A stretch of DNA of 32,000 nt from Halorhodospira halophila SL1 (GTDB taxonomy: Bacteria; Pseudomonadota; Gammaproteobacteria; Nitrococcales; Halorhodospiraceae). Under the pieces are notes generated by a model. That model saw nothing but the letters and a program-made list of their open reading frames with translations. It had not been told where the DNA came from and did not search any database. Positions 25,801 to 32,000 of this stretch are shown in pieces. The stretch covers positions 810,001 to 842,000 of the forward strand of contig NC_008789.1 in the NCBI RefSeq assembly GCF_000015585.1, written 5' to 3'. The position numbers and the translations under genes are program-made. Every line of letters begins with the position of its first letter. Position 1 is the first letter of the stretch.

Positions 25801-27141
25801 GTGAAACTCATCCGCTCCGACAAGCTCGGCGTCAAGGTTCATCGACCCGAGCAGCGTGAAGCCCTCGATGCGACACTGGCGGTGTATCGCAATCTTGTGC
25901 GTGATCTCATGACGATGATGATGACGCATTGGCCTGCACTTGGTCGCTTCGAGGGCAACGCCATCGTCAAGGAGGTCGAGCGGTTGATCCATCCCACCAG
26001 CAAGCGCCCGCAGGTACGCTACCCCTATTTCGCGCGCCGCTATTACAAGTTCCCGAGCTACCTGCGCCGCGTTGCGATCATGGATGCCGCCGGACAGGTG
26101 CGCTCCTTCCATACCCGATTCGACACCTGGCGCTGCGGTGATCGCAGGCACCAACATGCACAACCGCCACGGCTTGTTTGTGCCACGAATACATTCCCAG
26201 CGCTCTATCAGGGCCAATGCATCCGCTTCAATGAACGCTACACCGAGGCAGCGATCAAGGTCTTTCACCGAGGCGACTGGGTGTGGATGCACTTTCGGCT
26301 GACCGGTGCGCATCGCTATCTCGGCACGGGCAAGCAGCGTGCCCCTCAGCTTGTGGCCAAGCGCGGGCGCTACACGCTGTCCGTGCCCGTTGAGCGCCCC
26401 ATCACCCTGCCACGCAATGCCGATGTCGATCGTGTGCTGTCGGTCGATGTCGGGATCAACACCGCCGCTACCTGGGCGGTTGTCGATGCCACCGGCACTG
26501 TGCACGCCCGAGGCTTTCTCGGGCGTTGCGACAAAGACCGTGAGGCACGGCTGATCGCCCGCATCCAGAAGGCGGCCCGACAGCACACGCGCCACGGCTG
26601 CCGGCTGCCACCGGGCTTCTGCGCCCGGGATCACCGCCGGTTGCGTGGGTTGTTCGACAATGCCGCTCACCAGATCAGCCGCCGGATCGTCAACGAGGCA
26701 TTGGCGCATGGCGCCCAGGCCATCATCGTTGAGCACCTCAAGGGCTGGCGACCCCGAGCCGGTCGGCGGCGCAGCCCCCTGCGCCAGCGCTTCCACCGCT
26801 GGTTCCACCGGCTGCTCGTCGATCGTATCGAGGCCAAGGCGACTGAGGCCGGGCTGCGAACACGGACGGTCTACCCGCGCGGGACTTCTTCGCAGGCGTT
26901 CGATGGCTCCGGCAAGGTGCTGCGGGATCAAGCCAATGCCCGTCTTTGCACTTTCCCGAGCGGCAAGCGCTATAACGCCGATCTCAATGCGGCCTACAAC
27001 ATCGCCGCAAGAGGCATTGTCAGCATTCACCGCCCGACTCGCGAGAGTCAGGCGGGTGCGCAGCGGCCGAAGCCCGCTGCCACACCGCGAAGCCCGGTGA
27101 CGCTCTCCAGCCTGTGGCCCACGGCCACGGCAACTGCGTGA
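25801..27141 (+). CDS. tnpB: TnpB-like RNA-guided nuclease (IS605 OrfB family) with degenerate zinc finger
   Basis: 446 aa, GTG start. RuvC-I LSVDVGINTAAT, RuvC-II AIIVEHLKGW, RuvC-III RYNADLNAAYNIA. The expected CxxC...CxxC region reads TSSQAFDGSGKV...ARLCTFPSGK. Confidence 0.8.
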   Translation: MKLIRSDKLGVKVHRPEQREALDATLAVYRNLVRDLMTMMMTHWPALGRFEGNAIVKEVERLIHPTSKRPQVRYPYFARRYYKFPSYLRRVAIMDAAGQVRSFHTRFDTWRCGDRRHQHAQPPRLVCATNTFPALYQGQCIRFNERYTEAAIKVFHRGDWVWMHFRLTGAHRYLGTGKQRAPQLVAKRGRYTLSVPVERPITLPRNADVDRVLSVDVGINTAATWAVVDATGTVHARGFLGRCDKDREARLIARIQKAARQHTRHGCRLPPGFCARDHRRLRGLFDNAAHQISRRIVNEALAHGAQAIIVEHLKGWRPRAGRRRSPLRQRFHRWFHRLLVDRIEAKATEAGLRTRTVYPRGTSSQAFDGSGKVLRDQANARLCTFPSGKRYNADLNAAYNIAARGIVSIHRPTRESQAGAQRPKPAATPRSPVTLSSLWPTATATA

Positions 27142-27156
27142 GTGATCGGATTCCGC

Positions 27157-27183
27157 GACTCAATTTCCGGCAGGAAATGAGTC
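27157..27183 (+). repeat. Right-end subterminal hairpin
   Basis: gactcaatttcc-ggca-ggaaatgagtc has the same bulged A. A compensatory c:g to t:a change relative to the left-end hairpin preserves pairing. Confidence 0.7.
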
Positions 27184-27219
27184 GTCGGAGGCTTCAAAGT
27201 GGAGGACTGGGCGTCCTGA
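27181..27219 (+). pseudogene. vapC: Last codons of vapC
   Basis: VVGGFKVEDWAS*, compared with ...RVGGLRTEDWS* of MvpT-type VapC. About 30 codons of the PIN core between the two pieces are absent. Confidence 0.5.
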
Positions 27220-27224
27220 GCCGG

Positions 27225-27296
27225 ATCGAGGCGCTGTGCGCGGAGGTGGAGGCCGCCGAGCCGGCCGGCGACGAGGCGGTGGACGAGGCCGACTAG
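27225..27296 (+). pseudogene. 3'-terminal fragment of a MarR-family EPS-regulator paralogue
   Basis: IEALCAEVEAAEPAGDEAVDEAD*, compared with IEQLRAEVEAADKTPAADDAP... of the intact gene. DNA match gatcgag..gctg.gcgc.gaggtggaggccgccga. Confidence 0.5.
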
Positions 27297-27350
27297 CCCC
27301 CGGCCCCGCCGAGCGGCCCGGCACCGTAGCGGCCTTGCCCGCGGCCTCCC

Positions 27351-27434
27351 CCTGTGGTGGAATCCTGTGCTCACAACCTGAACACACCTGCCGGACGGGC
27401 CTGCCCAGGCGTCACCGCCCTGGCGGTAGCGTGC
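27351..27434 (+). repeat. Repeat P (regulator-gene leader), copy 1
   Basis: cctgtggt...gctcacaacctgaacacacctgccggacgggcctgcccaggcgtcaccgccctggcggtagcgtgc. The 66-nt core has 3 mismatches versus 30563-30628. Confidence 0.85.
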
Positions 27435-27503
27435 CGGAGCGCCCCGACCGCGAATCGTCGATGGGATCGCGGGCCGCAAGCTGCACAATCAGATGAGGCT
27501 GGA

Positions 27504-27998
27504 ATGGCCAACAACACCACGGCTTTAGCCCATCAGCTGCGGGCTACCCAACGCCTTGCATACCGCCTCGAGCAGGCCATCGAGGTGCTACGCCCGCACT
27601 TCCCGCTTGACCCCGAGCAGTTCGATCCGGACATGCTGCCCGTGGAGGTGGCGATGGGCCTAGACGCATTCCGTACGCGCTTCGCTGACCTCCAGGACAT
27701 GCTCGGGCGCACAACTTTCCGCAGCTTGGCGAGGGCGGATGAGGACGAGACCCCCGGGCAAGAGCTGACCACCCGCGAGCGGATCGCGTTGATGGAACGC
27801 CGTGGCATCCTGGACGCCGCGTAGTGGCGACAGATCCAGGAGGTCCGCAATCAGTTCGCCCACGAGTACCCAGACGCTCATAGTGAGAAGGCGGCAAACC
27901 TGAACGCCGCTTGGCAGCTTACACCCCCCTTGCTGAGCGTTGCACGGCGGTGTACCCAGTACGCTCAGGAAAAGCATGGAGTAACGTGGTGCGACTAA
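27504..27998 (+). pseudogene. HEPN-domain (HepT-like) gene with in-frame amber codon
   Basis: Paralogue of 22825-23298. TAG at 27822-27824 sits 6 codons before the R-x4-H motif (ILDAA*WRQIQEVRNQFAHEYPD). The same frame stays open to TAA 27996-27998. Confidence 0.7.
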
Positions 27999-28324
27999 CG
28001 CCCGCCGAGCAGGCCACGATCCGCTCTGTTTGCCACAGCCACCTGCCGGCCGACCTCATATGGCGCCTACGCGTCTTCGGCTCCTGCCTTAATGAGGAGG
28101 CGCGGGGCGGCGATGTGGACCTCTACCTGGAGCTCGAGGGCGCAGATGCCACACGGCGGGCCGCCGTAGCTCGCGATCTTCGACCTGCCCTGGAGGAGGC
28201 CCTCGACCGGCCCGTGGACCTGGTCGTTCAGGATCCGGCACAGCCCCTGAAAGCCGTCGCCGCCATCGCACGGGAGCAGGGCATACGCATCGCTCAGGCC
28301 GACTCCGGCGAGCAGGTGAGCTGA
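27986..28324 (+). CDS. Minimal nucleotidyltransferase (MntA-like)
   Basis: GTG 27986/27989 behind ggag, overlapping the HEPN 3' end. RVFGSCLNEEARGGDVDLYLE; homologous to 22520-22828. Confidence 0.65.
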   Translation: MVRLTPAEQATIRSVCHSHLPADLIWRLRVFGSCLNEEARGGDVDLYLELEGADATRRAAVARDLRPALEEALDRPVDLVVQDPAQPLKAVAAIAREQGIRIAQADSGEQVS

Positions 28325-28325
28325 C

Positions 28326-28785
28326 GCCGCACTATTGGCTCGCCATCATCGCCTCGAACGCGGAACCGTCGTCGCCCAGGGCATTCGCCACGAAGGGGGC
28401 GTAACGCTCGAAGAGCATCTTCGTCGAGGAGTGGCCAAGCAGCCGGGAGACGAATAACGGATTCTCGCCGGCAGCCAGGTGGAGCACGGCGGCCGTATGG
28501 CGGGTCTGGTAGCCCCGCCGGGGGGGCCAGACCGAGGGCCTTGAGGGTGGGCTTCCAGACCTGCTCGGCCACCCAACTCGGGTGAAGCGGCCGCCCGTCC
28601 GAGCGCGTAAAGACGTAGTCATCGTCCTGCCGACCCCGAATGTGCCGATCCAGCTCCGCCGCCAACCCCGGCGACAAGGGGATATCCCGCCGGGTCTTGC
28701 GGTACTTGAGGGTCGTCTGCCGCCCATCGACCCGGGCCTCGCGAACCCGCAGCTGCCGGCGCTCCAGGTCCACGTAGCACACCTT
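28326..28785 (-). pseudogene. int: Duplicated 3' fragment of the integrase gene (frameshifted)
   Basis: About 97% identical to 23363-23821, with one extra G in the run at about 28521-28527. Contains only the last about 150 codons. Confidence 0.9.
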
Positions 28786-28850
28786 AAAGTGAAGGAATGG
28801 AGCAGACCCCGCAGCATCCGCAGTTGCATTCGGTCAGCCAGCGGCTCGCC
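28784..28850. repeat. Repeat R, copy 2
   Basis: ttaaagtgaaggaatggagcagaccccgcagcatccgcagttgcattcggtcagccagcggctcgcc, joined directly to the integrase fragment through a 2-nt (tt) microhomology. Confidence 0.9.
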
Positions 28851-29168
28851 GAGGACGAGGATATCCTCGTGGGACTGGCGTTCGGGTCCATGGTCAACGG
28901 GACCGCCACCCCCGAGAGTGACCTCGACGTGGGCGTGCTGTGTGCGGGCCCCCTTCCCGCCGAGAAACGTCGCGCATTGATCCATGACCTGGGCCAATGC
29001 CTCGGGCGCCCTGTGGATCTGGTCGACCTCCGTACCGCGGGCGTTCCCGTGCGCCGGCAAGCGCTGCCGCGCGCAGCATGGCAGCATTGCTGGACCAAGG
29101 GTGACCGATTACCGCAGCCTCTCCTGGCCGAGGCCATGCGTGTCCGCAGTACGCGGCTCTCGGGTTAG
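28797..29168 (+). CDS. MntA-like nucleotidyltransferase, 5' end lies inside repeat R (possibly chimeric)
   Basis: LAFGSMVNGTATPESDLDVGVL NTase motif and VDLVDLRTAG. The first 18 codons belong to repeat R. No partner HEPN gene follows. Confidence 0.55.
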   Translation: MEQTPQHPQLHSVSQRLAEDEDILVGLAFGSMVNGTATPESDLDVGVLCAGPLPAEKRRALIHDLGQCLGRPVDLVDLRTAGVPVRRQALPRAAWQHCWTKGDRLPQPLLAEAMRVRSTRLSG

Positions 29169-29197
29169 CGCCGCGACGAGGACACTCTTATGCCCTC

Positions 29198-29217
29198 ATG
29201 ACCATCTAGATAGTCAT
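29198..29217. promoter_or_regulatory. 20-bp near-perfect palindrome in an AT-rich patch (orphan operator candidate)
   Basis: ATGACCATCTAGATAGTCAT (one mismatch) followed by cataatat. Confidence 0.3.
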
Positions 29218-29323
29218 AATATAGCCCAATCCGTCTCACGATGCCCAAGGCTTTTCGGCCTACGCCCGGCAGTTGTCTCCCTCGCCCGATCTGATCGGAT
29301 AACGCTACCCGACCGTCACGGCC

Positions 29324-29379
29324 CCGCGCGGCCAGGGTTCCCCGGAACTGTTAAAGTGAAGGAATGGAGCAGACACCGC
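29324..29379. repeat. Repeat R, copy 3
   Basis: ccgcgcggccagggttccccggaactgttaaagtgaaggaatggagcagacaccgc, abutting the MarR 3' fragment. Confidence 0.85.
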
Positions 29380-29383
29380 CCCG

Positions 29384-29623
29384 CGCTCCGTGATCGAGCG
29401 CGGCTGGGTCAAGCTCGAGAACTTCCGCCGCTCGGGGCACAAGATGGGCTACGCCTACAAGCTCACCCCGAGCGGCCTCCAGGAGAGGACCCGCCTCGCC
29501 TATGAGCACCTGCAGCGCAAGCGCGCCGAGCACGAGCGCCTGATGGCCGAGATTGAGCAGTTGCGCGCCGAGGTCGAGGAGGCAGAGGCAGAGCTGGCGG
29601 AGCGCCCGGCGCAGCCCTCGTGA
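29384..29623 (+). pseudogene. 3' two-thirds of a MarR-family EPS-regulator paralogue
   Basis: RSVIERGWVKLENFRRSGHKMGYAYKLTPSGLQERTRLAYEHLQRKRAEHERLMAEIEQLRAEVEE... is colinear with residues about 41-110 of the intact gene. The N-terminal HTH half is missing. Confidence 0.75.
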
Positions 29624-29670
29624 CGCAGTCCTTGAGCATGGCTGGCGCCAGCTAACCCTAGCGATAGGCG

Positions 29671-30351
29671 ATGCTCGGTATGGAAACCGCAGATCACCCA
29701 GCGAACCCCCACGATGCGCTGGTCAAGGCGCTGTTGGAGGCCCCGGAGCGGGCCGCCGTCGTCCTGCGCGAGAAGCTGTCGCTGATCGAGTGCATCGATG
29801 CCGACGAGGAGCTCCTCGAGCTCCAGCGCCACTTCGGCTACCAGGTCCGCCACCTCCGGCCGGATGAACCGGACGCCTCCTACTCCCAGGACCCGGCCGT
29901 GCGGGCCGTGCTACGCGCCCTGGCCTGGTCCTGCGTACAGGAGCTCAGCCGCGAGGACCTGGTGCACCTGCTCCGGGACCTGCCGCCCGGCCACCCGCTC
30001 GAGAAGCCGCTGCTGGTCTATATCGCCCGGACCTACGGCTCCATCGCCGAGGCCGATGTGCGCTATGCTCTGGAGCAGACACGGCCGATTGAGCAAGCGG
30101 AGGAGCTGACCATGACCGTCGCCGAGGAGTGGATCCAGCGCGGAAGACAACAGGGCTGGCAAGAGGGCCGGCAAGAAGGCCTGCAAGAGGCCGAGACCCG
30201 AGCGTTGCTCCAGCAGATCGAGCTGAAGTTCGGCCAAGCAACCAAGGAGGCCCACCGCCAGCGCGTGGAGCAAGGAACCCCCGAGGAGCTCGAGCGGTGG
30301 CTTCGTCGCATCATCACGGCCAATCGGGTCGACGACCTCTTCGACGATTGA
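29671..30351 (+). CDS. Rpn/YhgA-like (transposase_31 family) protein with DUF4351-like C-terminus, apparently short in the nuclease core
   Basis: N-terminus NPHDALVKALLEAPERAAVVL. The C-terminus has the MTVAEEWIQRGRQQGWQEGRQEG repeat followed by LLQQIELKFGQ...LERWLRRIITANRVDDLF. It is 226 aa, against about 290-310 aa as I recall for the family. Confidence 0.5.
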   Translation: MLGMETADHPANPHDALVKALLEAPERAAVVLREKLSLIECIDADEELLELQRHFGYQVRHLRPDEPDASYSQDPAVRAVLRALAWSCVQELSREDLVHLLRDLPPGHPLEKPLLVYIARTYGSIAEADVRYALEQTRPIEQAEELTMTVAEEWIQRGRQQGWQEGRQEGLQEAETRALLQQIELKFGQATKEAHRQRVEQGTPEELERWLRRIITANRVDDLFDD

Positions 30352-30545
30352 CGTTCAGAGCCCATAAGCGACTCGCTCGGGAATATTCATCACGGCGCCG
30401 CAACGGGCCGCATAGACAGCACCTTATGGGACTGACTCAGGCCGCCCGGCTGTCTCTTCCGTTACCGTTATTGCCTCAGCCACCCCGCGCACCCAAACTC
30501 CCCCGCTGGACCGCTCTACCGCCTGTTGGTTGCCCCCACGTAACA

Positions 30546-30628
30546 CCTGTGGTTACATTACCGCTCACAACCTGAACACCCCTGCCGGACGGGCCTGCCC
30601 AGGCGTCACCGTCCCGGCGGTAGCGTGC
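30546..30628 (+). repeat. Repeat P, copy 2 (native leader of the intact regulator gene)
   Basis: See 27351-27434. Ends 50 nt upstream of ATG 30678. Confidence 0.85.
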
Positions 30629-30677
30629 TCGAACGCCCTACCCCGGCCGCGCCGCGGCCCTGATCAAGCGCCCCCGA

Positions 30678-31052
30678 ATGGACACCGAAGAACTCCACCT
30701 GCAGGTGCTGCGCCTGCTCGATGACAACCCGCATCTCAGCCAGCGGCAGATCGCCGGCGAGCTCGGGCTGTCCGTCGGCAAGACGAACTACGCCGTACGC
30801 TCGGTGATCGAGCGCGGCTGGGTGAAGGCGCAGAACTTCTCCCACTCCCCGAACAAGCGCCGCTACCTGTACAGGCTCACCCCCGCCGGGGTGAGCGAGA
30901 AGGCGCAGCTGGCCTACCGCCACCTGCAGCGCAAGCGCGCCGAGCACGAACGGCTGATGCAGGAGATCGAGCAGCTGCGCGCCGAGGTGGAGGCCGCCGA
31001 CAAGACACCGGCCGCGGACGACGCCCCCACGCGCAACCCGGGCCAGTCCTGA
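30678..31052 (+). CDS. MarR-family EPS-associated transcriptional regulator
   Basis: 124 aa. LQVLRLLDDNPHLSQRQIAGELGLSVGKTNYAVRSVIERGWVKAQNF...YLYRLTPAG...RKRAEHERLMQEIEQL matches my recollection of the EPS-locus MarR subfamily. Confidence 0.75.
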   Translation: MDTEELHLQVLRLLDDNPHLSQRQIAGELGLSVGKTNYAVRSVIERGWVKAQNFSHSPNKRRYLYRLTPAGVSEKAQLAYRHLQRKRAEHERLMQEIEQLRAEVEAADKTPAADDAPTRNPGQS

Positions 31053-31096
31053 CGAACCCGCACACCCACCCACACGAACCGCCCAACGAGACCGCT

Positions 31097-32000
31097 TTGC
31101 TCCAGAAGATCCTCTACCTACTCAGCCCCCAGGAGAAGCGCCGCGGCGCCCTGGTCCTGGTCATGGTCATCCTCATGGCGCTGCTCGAGACCATCGGCGT
31201 CGCCTCGGTGATGCCGTTTCTCAGCGTCCTCGGCAACCCCGAGGTGGTGGAGACCAACGCCGTCCTCGCCAGCCTCTACGACGGCCTGGGCTTCGAGTCG
31301 GTGGACACCTTCCTGATGGCCCTCGGCGCGGCCGCCTTCGCGCTGATCGTCTTCTCGGCGCTGTTTCGCGCGCTGACCATCTACGCCATGAACCGCTGGG
31401 CGCTGATGCGCGTGCACAGCTTCGCGCAGCGCCTGCTCGAGACCTACCTGCGCCAGCCCTACGCCTACTTCCTCGACCACCACAGCGGGGACATGTCGAA
31501 GACCATCCTCTCCGAGGCGCAGCAGGTGGTCGGCCAGGCGATCAAGCCGGCGCTGGAGGCCGTCTCGCACCTGATCGTGGTGCTGGCGCTGATCACCCTG
31601 CTGGTGGTTATCGATCCGGTGCTGGCCCTGGCCGTGGCGGGGGCCCTCGGCGGCACCTACGCGCTGATCTATGTCACCATCCGCGGCTTCCTCGATCGCA
31701 TCGGGCGCGACCGGGTGCGCGCCAACAAAGAGCGCTTCGAGGCCGCCGGCGAGGCCCTCGGCGGGATCAAGGACATCAAGCTGCTCGGCCGCGAGCACAG
31801 CTACCTGCAGCGCTTCCGCGGCCCCTCGGCGCGCTTTGCCAAGCACCAGGCGACCAGCAACGTGCTCTCGCAGGTGCCGCAGTTCCTCATCCAGGCGGTG
31901 GCCATTGGCGGCATGATCGCCCTGACCCTGGTGCTGATGGCCACCCACGGCGGGGCGACCAGCGGGGCGCTCGGCGAAGTGCTGCCGATCCTCGGCCTCT
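31097..32000 (+). CDS. ABC exporter, transmembrane domain (3' end outside window)
   Basis: Not in the ORF track because there is no stop in the window. Hand translation from TTG 31097: LLQKILYLLSPQEKRRGALVLVMVILMALLETIGVASVMPFLSVLGNP..., a typical type-I ABC exporter TMD of polysaccharide loci. The start codon is uncertain. Confidence 0.7.
   Translation, partial: MLQKILYLLSPQEKRRGALVLVMVILMALLETIGVASVMPFLSVLGNPEVVETNAVLASLYDGLGFESVDTFLMALGAAAFALIVFSALFRALTIYAMNRWALMRVHSFAQRLLETYLRQPYAYFLDHHSGDMSKTILSEAQQVVGQAIKPALEAVSHLIVVLALITLLVVIDPVLALAVAGALGGTYALIYVTIRGFLDRIGRDRVRANKERFEAAGEALGGIKDIKLLGREHSYLQRFRGPSARFAKHQATSNVLSQVPQFLIQAVAIGGMIALTLVLMATHGGATSGALGEVLPILGL

Larger units (their letters stand above)
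25490..27190 (+). mobile_element. IS200/IS605-family element (decayed tnpA, intact tnpB)
   Basis: Bounded by same-orientation subterminal imperfect hairpins within 39-nt repeats 25504-25542 and 27150-27188. Flanked by the two vapC pieces. Exact ends are approximate. Confidence 0.7.

Noticed and set aside
25750-27030. 426-aa minus-strand ORF opposite tnpB
   Set aside because: It has no motifs and is the shadow of tnpB, which has the RuvC triad.
23369-29400. Integron (integrase plus TA cassette array)
   Set aside because: The integrase has a phage-type arm-binding N-terminus and shows no IntI-specific insertion that I could see. The cassettes are not separated by attC-like imperfect inverted repeats, and the repeats present are better explained as gene or IS fragments.
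30546-30566. Sigma-54 promoter inside repeat P (tGGttacattaccGCt)
   Set aside because: The GG-N10-GC spacing holds only in copy 2 (copy 1 has N11), and the -12 box is CCGC rather than TTGC. This is too weak to call.

Overview
High-GC proteobacterial chromosome segment; the gene content looks gammaproteobacterial, but this cannot be verified here. (i) 1-6.4 kb is a conserved housekeeping block: nth (partial), argG-argF-argD, rnt, grxD, pyrC and tRNA-Ala(CGC). (ii) 6.4-7.5 kb is a visibly lower-GC patch beside the tRNA, with a DUF2335-like membrane protein. (iii) 7.6-10.2 kb holds a sigma-54 enhancer-binding protein (EBP) translationally coupled to a beta-barrel outer-membrane protein, behind a -24/-12-type promoter. 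(iv) 10.2-14.8 kb holds a fused hydantoinase A/B (5-oxoprolinase-type) gene, a higA stump, tRNA-Arg(CCU) and a DedA protein. (v) 15.0-18.2 kb is the most interesting intact unit. A near-consensus sigma-54 promoter drives four exported proteins: a 448-aa D/N/S-rich tandem-repeat protein, a small paralogue of its C-terminal module, a stand-alone periplasmic C39-type cysteine peptidase, and an unknown protein. I read this as a candidate uncharacterised extracellular fibre/matrix system, Fap/curli-like in logic but not in sequence, probably linked to the EBP/OMP pair 5 kb away. (vi) 18.3-21.9 kb is a decayed Wadjet (JetABCD) locus: jetA is truncated, jetB is absent, jetC carries two deletions, and jetD is intact. 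(vii) 22.0-30.6 kb is a mosaic of decayed mobile, toxin-antitoxin and defence genes. It contains FitAB/VapBC stumps, three MntA/HepT-like NTase/HEPN cassettes (one HEPN with an in-frame amber codon), a tyrosine integrase plus a duplicated 3' fragment, an IS30-like stump, vapBC split by an IS200/IS605-family element (decayed tnpA, intact tnpB with a degenerate zinc finger), an Rpn-like gene, and several fragments of a MarR-type EPS regulator gene. (viii) 30.7-32.0 kb holds the intact MarR-family EPS-associated regulator and the start of an ABC exporter. No CRISPR array or rRNA was seen. All family assignments come from motif recognition by eye, without database searches.
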